NCBI GenBank assembly: GCA_945861925.1
Contig: CAMAWO010000003.1
Location: 1 to 43,583, forward strand
From: Bifidobacterium breve
GTDB taxonomy: Bacteria; Actinomycetota; Actinomycetes; S36-B12
Length of the DNA stretch: 43,583 nucleotides
Reading direction: 5' to 3'
Shown here: one piece after another, positions 19,416-29,233 of the stretch
How positions within the stretch are numbered: position 1 is the stretch's first letter
How the letters are laid out: each line of letters starts with the position of its first letter
The notes under the pieces: generated by a model
What the model was told of the DNA's origin: nothing
Seen by the model: only the letters and a program-made list of their open reading frames with translations
Databases searched by the model: none
Translations under genes and position numbers: made by a program

Positions 19416-19524
19416 GTGTTGGGTCCTTTACATACTCGGGTGTTGTCCGCTTGGGTGCGGTCAACTGCCTTGAAGGTAGAGCCAGGTGAGGGTGCCGCAC
19501 TACCGTGTAAACACGGTGTTCTTC

Positions 19525-19707
19525 GTCGCAAGAACCAGATTCGGGCCGAGATCGACAAGGCTGGTCGGGGCGAACAATTTCGCGTCGCCGTCAGCGCACC
19601 GCTGAAGCACATCGCCGAGAACGCCGGCCTCGATGCCTCGAACGGCGAGTACGTCGACATGATCGCCAAGGGCATCATCGACCCAGCCAAGGTCACCCGC
19701 TCGGCGC
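19525..19707 (+). pseudogene. Internally deleted groEL 3'-region remnant
   Basis: Mosaic of groEL 16341-16375, 16628-16701 and 16748-16829. Confidence 0.92.
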
Positions 19708-19717
19708 GTCCTGCTAC

Positions 19718-20413
19718 TTAGGGCGCTTTGATGGAGGTTCGAAGCAGCACGGTGTTGTCGAGCTCCAAGTCGCTGCTCCAGATCGGTTTCGCGTTGGGGC
19801 TCCAGGTGATGGTGTTATAGCCGTCCTTCACACCGACCTCCTGGGGCGTGTACACGGAGGCGTTCGTCCAGCCGCTGTTCGAGGCACCGGTCCTTGACCA
19901 GTTTGCTGGTTCCGGGGTATTCGAGGATTTGCAGTCGGCGACTGGGTTGCTCGAGGTGACGCACTCGGGGTTCAGTGGCGCCTTGTTTACCACGAGGGCC
20001 TTCCACGACCCACTGGTCACAGCAATGATCTTGCCGGTCTTGTTGTCGCGCACCTGGGCGATGACCCCACCGTCGCCGATCTGCTGGCGACTGGTCCCGA
20101 TGTACTCCAGACCGGAGGCATTCTCAGTGAAGTCCTTGCCCATAATCCCGATGGTTAGGGGGTAGGTCGCGGTGAAGGTGATGGTCTCGGCGTTGAAGGA
20201 TTTCTCAGTCGTGATCGGTACGGAATCTTGGCCGACCTTCTTGCCGTTGACGTAGAGGGCGAACCAGTTGTCAGCCCACACCTGAGCTGTGAACGAGGAC
20301 GTCGGTTTAGCTGGCTGCGCGGCGTTCGCTTGTGTATACGAAAGCGCTGTGAGGCCAAGGAGGCAGACGCTGGCACCCACGGCGCAGCGCTGAATCAGCA
20401 TTCGGCGGTTCAT
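19718..20413 (-). CDS. Secreted hypothetical protein (WADNWFALYVNG...SFNAE type), last gene of the YbhB-YHYH operon
   Basis: Signal peptide; ATG 1 nt after the YHYH stop. Confidence 0.75.
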   Translation of the reverse strand: MNRRMLIQRCAVGASVCLLGLTALSYTQANAAQPAKPTSSFTAQVWADNWFALYVNGKKVGQDSVPITTEKSFNAETITFTATYPLTIGIMGKDFTENASGLEYIGTSRQQIGDGGVIAQVRDNKTGKIIAVTSGSWKALVVNKAPLNPECVTSSNPVADCKSSNTPEPANWSRTGASNSGWTNASVYTPQEVGVKDGYNTITWSPNAKPIWSSDLELDNTVLLRTSIKAP

Positions 20414-20414
20414 G

Positions 20415-21410
20415 TCATGCCTTCCGTGCATAGGTTTGGGTGGACTCTTTTCCATTCGGATCGATGAAGGTCATGGATACCGACTGCAGTGTCGCGGTGT
20501 AGTTGATTCGGTATCGACTGCCGCCCAGCGTGTATGCGAGTGCGAACGCGGAGGATCCGTTCCGGGCGAATTCAGTGATCGTGGCACCCCTGAGCGGTTC
20601 GCCAGCGGGGCGGAATGGGGTGGCAACGGGCTGGGGGTCAACCTGACCGTCCTTCACGGTCACGACCCCGCGCATCCCGCCATTGGCATAGGGGTAGGTC
20701 TTCGTGCCGTGGTAGTGGTACTTGCCCTTGAACATGTGGCCGTTGTACTCGTCCAATGGCTGAAGTGCCGTGCCATTTGGCTCGACGGATCCATACATGG
20801 GATACCCATCGAGGGCGTAGGCGATGGGCTTCGTGGCTCCGATTGTCTTGGACAGGTGGAGCGGCGCCGTGTGGTAGTGGTAGTCGTCGGCGCGACCGCA
20901 GTGGCCGCCCCACTCATCGAGCTCGCCGATGAGATACGAATCCTCGCCACGGTTGTTCAGTGCATTGAAGATCGGGACACCGTTTGCCGCTAGGGCGATG
21001 GCACCGCGAAAGAGATTCGTCTTGGTGGAGATGGGATTGGCGGCCAGTTTCGGTGACACCGGGATCTTCCAGGCGTTGGAGCCTGAGTACGGCTGCGGGA
21101 CCGGCACCTGCTGCTGCCAGTTCGTGATGCCGACCATCATGTTGTGCGGGGGCAAGCCGCCGCTTTCGACGAGGTAGTACTGGCCCGACTTGAGGGTCTT
21201 TACCGATGAGGCGAAGGCACTGAACCCCGGGAGCGTGACGGTCGTTCCAGCGGCGACTGCCTCCTGAGCCGTCACGAGTGATGCGGCGACAGCGGCGCCG
21301 AACCCGAGGGCCATGCCCTGCAGCACCGTGCGCCGGGTGAGGCCGGGATGGCCATGCGGCACATGTGGGTGCACGTGATCGTGCGGGCCGCTAGTGGGCA
21401 TACGTGACAT
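20415..21410 (-). CDS. YHYH domain protein with Tat signal and His-rich leader
   Basis: TRRTVLQG; GHCGRADDYHYH and GHMFKGKYHYH; IAYALDGYPMYG. Confidence 0.9.
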   Translation of the reverse strand: MSRMPTSGPHDHVHPHVPHGHPGLTRRTVLQGMALGFGAAVAASLVTAQEAVAAGTTVTLPGFSAFASSVKTLKSGQYYLVESGGLPPHNMMVGITNWQQQVPVPQPYSGSNAWKIPVSPKLAANPISTKTNLFRGAIALAANGVPIFNALNNRGEDSYLIGELDEWGGHCGRADDYHYHTAPLHLSKTIGATKPIAYALDGYPMYGSVEPNGTALQPLDEYNGHMFKGKYHYHGTKTYPYANGGMRGVVTVKDGQVDPQPVATPFRPAGEPLRGATITEFARNGSSAFALAYTLGGSRYRINYTATLQSVSMTFIDPNGKESTQTYARKA

Positions 21411-21933
21411 TGAGTGCCGCCTTCGAGATGGTGATGCCGGAAATGGATGAGAGAAGCGAATCCCTTGTTACGGATGCGGATGACTTCTTGGGGAGGTTGG
21501 GCGTGCCGGACAGTTCGTACACGGTGATCGTGTACGTCTTGGCTCCCGGGCCCTTTGAGCAAGGGGGAGCGTAGCCGATGTTCTTGTTGACACTGTTTCC
21601 GCCGAGGTAGCCAACCTTTGTTGAGTTGGCAGCGATCGCAGTCGTCTTGGCAGGAATGCCCCACATCAGCCAGTACCAATGGTGCCCACCCTCCGGCGGC
21701 ACGTGATCCATGACGACCGCGTAACCCTTGGCGCCCTTTGGCGCGTTCGTCCACGTGATCGGCGGGCTGGTGCCCACGCCGTCGCAGGTGTACTTGGCTG
21801 GGAGTGCGTTGCCGGCTCCAATACCTGGGCTGGTGAGAGTGAATGCGTCTGCGGCGCGAGCAGGCCCACTCACAGTGAACGCGGTCGCGATGGCGGCCGC
21901 GAGGGCGAGGGATACTCGCAAGGTGGGTCTCAT
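21391..21933 (-). CDS. Secreted YbhB/YbcL (PEBP/RKIP-like) protein
   Basis: YTCDG..SPPITW, AVVMD, YWLMWGIP, YAPPC. Confidence 0.88.
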   Translation of the reverse strand: MRPTLRVSLALAAAIATAFTVSGPARAADAFTLTSPGIGAGNALPAKYTCDGVGTSPPITWTNAPKGAKGYAVVMDHVPPEGGHHWYWLMWGIPAKTTAIAANSTKVGYLGGNSVNKNIGYAPPCSKGPGAKTYTITVYELSGTPNLPKKSSASVTRDSLLSSISGITISKAALNVTYAH

Positions 21934-22019
21934 GCTCCGGATGCTAGCTTCGAACGAGAGTGATCGCTTACTGGACGGTGTGCTGTGCGGAAAGGTCGTT
22001 GCCGTGCAAGGGTTGAGTC

Positions 22020-22517
22020 GTGAAAGCCGAGGAACAGTGGGCAGTTCTGGGCGGCGACAGCACCTATGTTCGCCTTCGCAGTGGGCGGATTGGGCTGATT
22101 TCCATCGATGTGAGGGCACCTGTCACTGCGGGAACGCTGCAGGTCGGGGCTGAGGGCATTCGGTTTTCACTCAGCCTTGCCCTCGATCAACTGAAGACTG
22201 GGAACATCCTCATGCAGGGCGCGGCCCGGTCCCTCCTCCGGCGCAACGACGCGCGGGTGCTCGACTACTCAGGGCATGGCGCGGGAGTCTCGAATCCTTG
22301 GCTGGTAAACGGCCACGCGACGTCTGGTGATGTGAACGTCGAACTCACGTTGACGATCACGGCGGTTGGTCCTGGGATTGACCCGATGGCCGAGATCGAA
22401 TTGGCCGGCGTTGCGAACCTCGGCACGGTCAATGTTCCATTGCCCGGCCTTGGCAGGGTTGACGACTTCTCATTTCAGGTCGACGCACGGCTGGCACTGT
22501 CTCGGATGAGTGACTAG
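22020..22517 (+). CDS. Hypothetical protein, possibly YceI-like beta-barrel
   Basis: LDQLKTGN motif and alternating beta pattern; family call weak. Confidence 0.55.
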   Translation: MKAEEQWAVLGGDSTYVRLRSGRIGLISIDVRAPVTAGTLQVGAEGIRFSLSLALDQLKTGNILMQGAARSLLRRNDARVLDYSGHGAGVSNPWLVNGHATSGDVNVELTLTITAVGPGIDPMAEIELAGVANLGTVNVPLPGLGRVDDFSFQVDARLALSRMSD

Positions 22518-22526
22518 CCGGCCCAC

Positions 22527-23747
22527 TTAGGTGATTGGCTGATCGACACTGCTGGTTGACGTCGAACTCCGGCGTGACTTGAGTCGGTCGACCGCATCTT
22601 TCACGACGAAGCCACTTACGGCGCCGATGATGGCGAAGGGTGCGATGGCTGTACCGGCGACACCGACGAGGAGCATCGCCAGGAGTGCCGACGTGAATGG
22701 AAGCCGTGTCATGACGGTGGCAGTGGCAGCGATGCCAACCGCCGCCATCGCACTGATGGACAGGTCGGTGAGGACGAGAGCGGCGAGGCCTCCACAGGCC
22801 ACTCCGATGAAGGTTGCCGGGAAGATCGGCCCGCCACGGAAGCCAGAGCCGAGTGCGACCCCGTAAACGATGAGCTTGCCGACGATGATGACAAGGAGCG
22901 TGGTGATACTCGTCTCGGTGATGAGTGACGCCATGCCCGTCTGGCCGGAGAACAGGATCTGGTCAACCTCGATGTTGAATCAGGTCACCGCCGATACCGC
23001 GACTGCCGAGGTGATGATCGCGGCGAGCATGATCATGGCGGCGGGTCGCCGCCGGCTAAGAAGTGACGCTCGCTCGCCGATCTCGCGCGCAATGCAGGTG
23101 CCGATACTCACGACGATAGCTAGGACGAGCCCGGCGAAGAGATCACCCGGCTGAACGGATGGATAGTCCGGGAGCCCGGGGACGTTGAGCCCGTGCGTGC
23201 CGATGCCTGACCATGCGCCCCACCCGATCTGCGTGAGATAACCGGCACCGAGGGCAACGAAGGCTGGTAGCAGGATCACCTTTGGTGCGATGCCGCCAAG
23301 GAACATGACCATGCTCAGGACATTCGGCTCGGCCCTGCGCATGAGGAGAGCTGCCGCCGTGGATCCGACGACGATGAGCGGCCCTTCGGGGCCGAGGGAG
23401 GCGCCGAAGATGAGGGTCGCGGTTGCGGCGAGGAGGACCGATGGCACGGTCCGTACCGGATCGTTGAAGTGAAAGCCAGTGAGCGGGCTCTCGCCGGTGT
23501 GCCCGGGGAGGCGCTGGGCAAGGATGATGAGGAGGGCTGAAAGCACAAGGCCGCCGGCGATCCACCACTCAGGCGCCGTCTCCCAGCCGAAGCTGTTCGG
23601 CAGGTCGGTGAAGAAGAGGACCTGCCCCTCCTCGATGAGTCAGAGGAAGAGAGTGGCAACGCTGGCGCAGAGAAGGCCGATGACGAGCGCGAGGGCCAGC
23701 GCCTTGATCGGCAGGGACTCCGGGGGCTCACCTGGAATTGCGTTCAT
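22527..23747 (-). pseudogene. ClC/EriC chloride channel pseudogene
   Basis: GASLGPEGP and GFRGGPIFP motifs; in-frame TGA at 23640-23642 and 22980-22982; apparent internal deletion at LGGIA|PKVILL. Confidence 0.85.
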
Positions 23748-23781
23748 GCGCGCGTCATTCCGTATTCCTGCGGATCTGCAG

Positions 23782-24159
23782 CTAGCGGAGCGTGGTGCCT
23801 CGTCGCAGTTGCTCTGCCACCTCCGCTACCTCGTTCAGGTCACCGCTTGCGACGGAGATGACGAGGTCGTAGGCCTCATCATTCGTCAACGTGAGCGTCC
23901 AGCCGTTGACTCCGAGCATGACGATCGTGCCAGCCAGCGCGAGCCTCTTGTTGCCGTCAATCAGTGCGTGGTTCTTGCAGATTGAAAGGATAAATGCGGC
24001 TGCCTTCGCGTGGACATCGGGATAGGCGTCCTCCCCGAAAATCGTGGTTTGCGGACGGGCGGCCGCGGACTCTAGAAGCCCAGCATCGCGAAGCAGAACC
24101 TCTCCATCGATCACGCGATTGGCGACGATGAGCAGATCCTCGATGGTCAGATAGATCAT
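23782..24159 (-). CDS. Fic/Doc family toxin
   Basis: LLESAAARP, HALIDGNKRLA. Confidence 0.92.
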   Translation of the reverse strand: MIYLTIEDLLIVANRVIDGEVLLRDAGLLESAAARPQTTIFGEDAYPDVHAKAAAFILSICKNHALIDGNKRLALAGTIVMLGVNGWTLTLTNDEAYDLVISVASGDLNEVAEVAEQLRRGTTLR

Positions 24160-24172
24160 TGGCCGACGTCAA

Positions 24173-24376
24173 TCATTGGCCCAGGCGATCAAGCGCTTCG
24201 GCGTAACGCGGCAGTTCGGAGTCCATCACCTGCTCGATGAGGGAGGCCCGGCCTTGACGTTCAATATATTCACGAATGGCGATGAGGACGATGTCGTGTT
24301 GGGAGCGATCCTCGAGGGCGGCGGTGCGCGCAAGGGCGAGGGAATCCTCAGTCGGGAGGCGAAGGGTCATGGCCAT
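24173..24376 (-). CDS. Ribbon-helix-helix antitoxin
   Basis: MAMTLRL...S..DIV..AIREY, YAEALDRLGQ; directly upstream of Doc. Confidence 0.85.
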   Translation of the reverse strand: MAMTLRLPTEDSLALARTAALEDRSQHDIVLIAIREYIERQGRASLIEQVMDSELPRYAEALDRLGQ

Positions 24377-24465
24377 GCAGCCACGCTAGCACAGCGATAC
24401 CACAAGTGATACCAGATGGGCGAGCAAGAGGTGTTCGGGCTCGCCCACGCCGCTGGCGGCGAGGG

Positions 24466-26121
24466 TCAGGTTTCCCAGCTTCCGCTGCGGATGTCGTCTG
24501 CGTCGATGATCCGGTAGGAGTATCCCTGCTCGGCGAGGAACCGCTGCCGATGCTGAGCGAAATCGGCATCGACGGTGTCGCGGGTGACGATCGAGTAGAA
24601 GTGGGCGGTGCGGCCATCAGACTTCGGACGCAGGATCCGCCCGAGTCGCTGCGCTTCCTCTTGGCGTGAGCCGAAGGTGCCGCTCACCTGAATGGCAACC
24701 GAGGCCTCCGGCAGGTCGACGCTGAAATTCGCGACCTTGCTCACGACGAGCACACGAAGGCGCCCCTCGCGAAAGTCGCCGAAGAGTCGCTCACGCTCCT
24801 TCACTGACGATGCCCCGGTGATGACGGGGGCATCGAGCTGCTCGCCGAGCTCGGCCAGCTGATCGAGGTATTGCCCGATAACGAGCACCTGATCGGCGGC
24901 ATGCTTCTCGGCAATCTGCTGAACAATGCTGATCTTCTGCGGTGCGGATGCTGCGAGCCGGTAGCGGTCCTCCGGCTCGGCCATCGCGTAGGTCATCCGG
25001 TCCGAATCAGGGAGCGTGACGCGGACCTCAACGCAGTCTGCAGGGGCGATGTAGCCCTGGTTCTCGATGTCCTTCCACGGGGCGTCATAGCGCTTGGGTC
25101 CGATGAGGCTGAAGACGTCGCTCTCCTGGCCGTCCTCGCGGACAAGGGTAGCGGTGAGGCCGAGGCGCCGACGGCTCTGAATATCTGCAGTAAAACGGAA
25201 AATGGGCGCTGGAAGCAGGTGGACCTCGTCGTAGATGATGAGCCCCCAGTCGCGGGAGTCGAACACCTCAAGGTGGGGATAGATGCCCTGCCGTTTCGTC
25301 GTCATCACCTGATACGTCGCGATGGTGACCGGACGGATCTCCTTCTTCGCGCCCGAGTACTCCCCGATCTCGTCGGCGGTCAGGGTCGTGCGACGCAGGA
25401 GTTCATCGCGCCACTGCCGGGCAGCAACGGTGTTCGTGACGAGGATCAGGGTCGTGGCCTGCGCGAGGGCCATAGCGAGGGCGCCCACGATGGTCTTGCC
25501 GGCGCCGCACGGGAGCACGACGACACCCGAGCCACCGTGCCAAAAGCCCTCCGCTGCCTCGGTCTGGTAAGGCCGGGGCTGCCAGGTGTCGGTATTGAGC
25601 CCGATTGCGTGGCGCTCGCCATCGACGTAGCCCGCAACGTCCTCGGCGGGCCACCCGAGCTTGACGAGCGCCTGCTTGAGGTGTCCGCGCTCGCTCGGAT
25701 GAACGATGATCGTCGTGGCATCGACCCGGGCCCCGAGCAGGGGCGCCACCTTCTTGCTGCGAAGGACCTCCTCGAGGACGGCCTCGTCTAGGGCCTGTAG
25801 CACGAGCCCGTGGACGGGATGGTTGTTCACCTGCAGGCGGCCATAGCGCGACATCGTCTCGGCGACGTCGACGAGCAGCGCGTGGGGCACGGCATACCGC
25901 GAATAGCGAATGAGGGTGTCGATCACCTGCTCCGCATCGTGCCCCGCTGCCCGGGCATTCCACAACCCGAGCGGGGTGAGTCGATAGGTGTGGATGTGCT
26001 CCGGCGCTCGCTCGAGTTCGGCGAAGGGCGCGATCGCCTGCCGACAGGCGGGTGCGAGCGCATGGTCGACCTCGAGCAGGAGCGTCTTGTCGCTCTGCAC
26101 GATGAGCGGGCCGTCAGCCAC
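24466..26121 (-). CDS. DNA repair helicase XPB (Rv0861c-like)
   Basis: LPCGAGKT, DEVH, GLTATL, QRLGRILR. Confidence 0.96.
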   Translation of the reverse strand: MADGPLIVQSDKTLLLEVDHALAPACRQAIAPFAELERAPEHIHTYRLTPLGLWNARAAGHDAEQVIDTLIRYSRYAVPHALLVDVAETMSRYGRLQVNNHPVHGLVLQALDEAVLEEVLRSKKVAPLLGARVDATTIIVHPSERGHLKQALVKLGWPAEDVAGYVDGERHAIGLNTDTWQPRPYQTEAAEGFWHGGSGVVVLPCGAGKTIVGALAMALAQATTLILVTNTVAARQWRDELLRRTTLTADEIGEYSGAKKEIRPVTIATYQVMTTKRQGIYPHLEVFDSRDWGLIIYDEVHLLPAPIFRFTADIQSRRRLGLTATLVREDGQESDVFSLIGPKRYDAPWKDIENQGYIAPADCVEVRVTLPDSDRMTYAMAEPEDRYRLAASAPQKISIVQQIAEKHAADQVLVIGQYLDQLAELGEQLDAPVITGASSVKERERLFGDFREGRLRVLVVSKVANFSVDLPEASVAIQVSGTFGSRQEEAQRLGRILRPKSDGRTAHFYSIVTRDTVDADFAQHRQRFLAEQGYSYRIIDADDIRSGSWET

Positions 26122-26130
26122 GTTGAATCC

Positions 26131-27240
26131 TCACTTGTTGTCGAGCCGTTCATTGAGGAGCCGTTGAACGAGCGCTGCTGCGAGCGCCGTCCTCGGCGCG
26201 AGGTCTGTGATCGACGCCCATTCATGATCTGCGTGGGCACCATCACCCACCGCACCTAAGCCGTCGAGGGTCGCAACACCGGCGGCGGCCGTGAGATTCC
26301 CGTCGCTCGCGCCGCCGACTGACGCTTGGCCCAAAGACGGTAGCCCCAGCGCGCCCGCGCACTCGCTCGCGAGCATGAACAGGCGCTCTGATGATGAAGC
26401 CTCCATGGCAGGCCGGTCGATTCCGCCGTCAAGGATGATGCTGCCCTCAAGGGGGGCCCAGCCGCGGACGGATGCATCGACGCGTTGCTGCTCCGCGGCG
26501 GTCCACGCCCGGACGTCGATCGTGAGGTTCGCCTGTGCCGGAACAGTATTTGCGGTCGTACCAGCGGTGAGAACGGTGGGCGTAACCGTGGTGCCCATGG
26601 CGGGGTCGGCCCAGTCGAGGGTCGCGATTGCCAGCCTTGCGGCGGCGAGCAGTGCGTTGATTCCCCGCTCCGGGTCGAGCCCAGCGTGCGCGGCGCGTCC
26701 AGTGAATTCGGCCTGATACCAGGAGGTCCCCTTGCGGCTGGTCTTGAGTGAGCCGTCAAGTGAGGGTTCGAAGACGAGCACGGCCCTCGCGCTGGTGATG
26801 GCCCGGCTGATGATCGCTCGTGAGCGGTGGGATCCGGTCTCCTCGTCGGTGGTGAGGAGCAATCCCACTCCGTCATCCGGTCCGAGGTTGAGCAGTCCGA
26901 TCGCAGCCATAGCCTGCACGACGCCCGCCTTCATGTCGAACACCCCAGGCCCCGTCATGCGTGCGGCATCGCATGTCCAAGGGAGGCGCTCGAGGGTCCC
27001 GAGCGGCCACACCGTGTCGAGGTGCCCGAGGAGGAGCACCTCGGGATGCTCAGGTCCCCAGCGGAGCACCGGCCGGCCCTCATGCTCCTCGATGCGCGCG
27101 GGGGACGTGACCCATTGCCCGCAGACCTCGTGGGCGGCCGTCACGGCCATCGCGCAGGCGTCGATGTCGGCCGTGGGGGATTCGACGACGACAAGGGCTC
27201 GCACACTCTCAACGAGGGAATCGGTGTCCGGTGCGGTCAT
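26131..27240 (-). CDS. M20 family peptidase/desuccinylase
   Basis: GHLDTV, DMKAG, DEETG, GGASDGN, GAHA..E. Confidence 0.9.
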   Translation of the reverse strand: MTAPDTDSLVESVRALVVVESPTADIDACAMAVTAAHEVCGQWVTSPARIEEHEGRPVLRWGPEHPEVLLLGHLDTVWPLGTLERLPWTCDAARMTGPGVFDMKAGVVQAMAAIGLLNLGPDDGVGLLLTTDEETGSHRSRAIISRAITSARAVLVFEPSLDGSLKTSRKGTSWYQAEFTGRAAHAGLDPERGINALLAAARLAIATLDWADPAMGTTVTPTVLTAGTTANTVPAQANLTIDVRAWTAAEQQRVDASVRGWAPLEGSIILDGGIDRPAMEASSSERLFMLASECAGALGLPSLGQASVGGASDGNLTAAAGVATLDGLGAVGDGAHADHEWASITDLAPRTALAAALVQRLLNERLDNK

Positions 27241-27302
27241 GCGGTTCTCCTCGTGCGCCTTGTGGGACGGGCCTTGTCGGTGTGGTGCTCTACGGTTCGG
27301 GG

Positions 27303-28112
27303 GTGACGAACGAAGCGGCTCGTGCTGCGCTCGATGGCGCGCAGGCGCGCGCCGGCGTCACCGTCCGTACCCTGACAGACCTTAGTGAACTCTCCGATGC
27401 CCGCGAGATCTTCGACACCGTGTGGCCATCGGTGGCCGGTGGCTCGCAGGTGCAGGCGAACCTCCTCCGCGCCATCGTGCATGCCGGGGGCTACGCATCC
27501 GCGGCCTACGCCGGTGATAGGCCGGTGGCGGCGGCGTTTGGGTTCTGCGGCCGACACCGAGGCGCAGATGGTGCCTGGCATGACCTGCTCCACTCTCACA
27601 TGGCGGCGGTTCTCGATGAGGTCCGTGACCGCCACATCGGCACGACCCTGAAGCTGCATCAGCGGCTCTGGGCGCTCGAGCAGTCCATTCCCGTCATCAC
27701 CTGGACGTTCGACCCACTCGTACGTCGCAATGCGCGGCTGAACCTGCTCAAGCTCGGGGTCGAGGTCCGCGGATACGAGGTCAACTTCTATGGCGATATG
27801 GATGACGCCCTGAACTCAGGTGATCCATCGGATCGGGTGTTCGCCTGGTGGGTGGTCGCGTCCGACCGCGCCGAGCGGGCCGCGTGCGGGGGGCTCGAAC
27901 CGCTGACCGATATCGAGATTGAGTCGAGTGACCGCCGCTTCGTCGTCGAACTTCCAGACGACATCGTGGCGCTGCGTTCGAGTGACCCTGATGACGCACT
28001 TCGCTGGCGATTGCTCGTCCGCGACCGGCTCACGAGCGCCTTCGACGAGGGGTCCGTCATCATCGGCACGGACTTCGCCGGTAACTACGTCCTAGAAAGG
28101 CATCGCCTGTGA
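27303..28112 (+). CDS. GNAT family acyl(succinyl)transferase
   Basis: HSHMAAV, LKLHQR, WTFDPL..RNA..NL.KLG. Confidence 0.85.
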   Translation: MTNEAARAALDGAQARAGVTVRTLTDLSELSDAREIFDTVWPSVAGGSQVQANLLRAIVHAGGYASAAYAGDRPVAAAFGFCGRHRGADGAWHDLLHSHMAAVLDEVRDRHIGTTLKLHQRLWALEQSIPVITWTFDPLVRRNARLNLLKLGVEVRGYEVNFYGDMDDALNSGDPSDRVFAWWVVASDRAERAACGGLEPLTDIEIESSDRRFVVELPDDIVALRSSDPDDALRWRLLVRDRLTSAFDEGSVIIGTDFAGNYVLERHRL

Positions 28113-29233
28113 CCATCGACCTCCTGCGTCTCCACCGGCTCAGCATCCCCCTCGTACGCCCGTTCCGGACCAGCTTTGGTACTGAGCGCGTGCGCGACCT
28201 TGTCCTCGTTGAGGCAGTGGCCACTGATGGCATCCGGGGCTGGGGGGAGTGCGTGACGATGTCGTGGCCCGGCTACTCGGCCGAGTACACCGACGGTGCG
28301 ATCGACGTGATGCAGCGGCACCTCCTGCCGGCCCTGCGTGAGCTCCCGTTGGGCGCCGATCCGCAGGCGGTCCGCGAGGCTCTCGACGTCGTCCGGGGTC
28401 ACCCGATGGCGAAGAGCGCGCTGTCGACCGCCCTTCTCGACGCGTGGCTGCGGGCACGCGGGGAGTCGCTCGGTTCCTACCTCGGAGCCACCCGTGACCG
28501 AATCGACTGCGGGGTCTCAGTGGGCATCCCTGCGGCTGAGAGCATCGAGGCGCTGCTCGAGGAGGTTGGGTCGTACATCGATGCTGGCTATCGCCGAATC
28601 AAGCTGAAGATCGAGCCGGGGTGGGATCTCAAGCCCGTTGCGGCCGTTCGGGGCGCCTGGCCCGGGGTGCCCCTTCAGGTCGACGCGAACCAGGCCTACA
28701 CGCGCAGTCACGCCGATCATCTGGCGCAGCTTGATCCCTTCGACCTCATTCTCATCGAGCAGCCGCTCCACGAGGAGGACTGGTACGGCCACGTCATGCT
28801 CAGCGAGGTTTGCGCGACACCGATCTGCCTCGACGAGTCGATTCTTTCGGTCGATTCCGCCGATTCGGCGCTGCGATTCGGGGCCACGACCGTCATCAAT
28901 ATCAAGCCCGGCCGGGTCGGTGGCTACCTCACGGCTCGGGAGATCCACGACCTCTGCCTCGATCGAGGGGTGCCGGTGTGGTGCGGTGGCATGCTCGAAA
29001 CCGGGGTCGGCAGGGCTGCGAACCTCGCCCTCGCGGGCCTGCCGGGTTTCTCCGTCATCGGTGACACGAGCGCGTCCAGCCGTTATTACGAGGTCGACGT
29101 CACCGAACCGTTCGTGCTTGATGACGGCCGGCTAGACGTGCCCACCGGCCCAGGCATCGGCGTCGATCCGCTGCCCGATGTGCTCGCTGACCTCACAGTT
29201 TGGTCCACCGAGATCAGGCTGAACCAGGGCTAG
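28109..29233 (+). CDS. menC: OSBS/N-succinylamino acid racemase (enolase superfamily)
   Basis: RIKLKI, VDAN, EQP, LDES, NIKPGRVGG, WCGGMLE. Confidence 0.9.
   Translation: MTIDLLRLHRLSIPLVRPFRTSFGTERVRDLVLVEAVATDGIRGWGECVTMSWPGYSAEYTDGAIDVMQRHLLPALRELPLGADPQAVREALDVVRGHPMAKSALSTALLDAWLRARGESLGSYLGATRDRIDCGVSVGIPAAESIEALLEEVGSYIDAGYRRIKLKIEPGWDLKPVAAVRGAWPGVPLQVDANQAYTRSHADHLAQLDPFDLILIEQPLHEEDWYGHVMLSEVCATPICLDESILSVDSADSALRFGATTVINIKPGRVGGYLTAREIHDLCLDRGVPVWCGGMLETGVGRAANLALAGLPGFSVIGDTSASSRYYEVDVTEPFVLDDGRLDVPTGPGIGVDPLPDVLADLTVWSTEIRLNQG

Noticed and set aside
19053-19721. 222-aa ORF ending in GroEL-like sequence
   Set aside because: Chance fusion of the Fn3 antisense frame with the groEL remnant.
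22527-23747. TGA-to-Trp or selenocysteine recoding
   Set aside because: TGA and TAG are both normal stops in core genes here, TGG is used for Trp, and the gene also appears internally deleted.
24155-24182. 10-bp duplication ATCATTGGCC between antitoxin and doc
   Set aside because: Real but small; likely a local duplication of the gene junction that leaves both frames intact.
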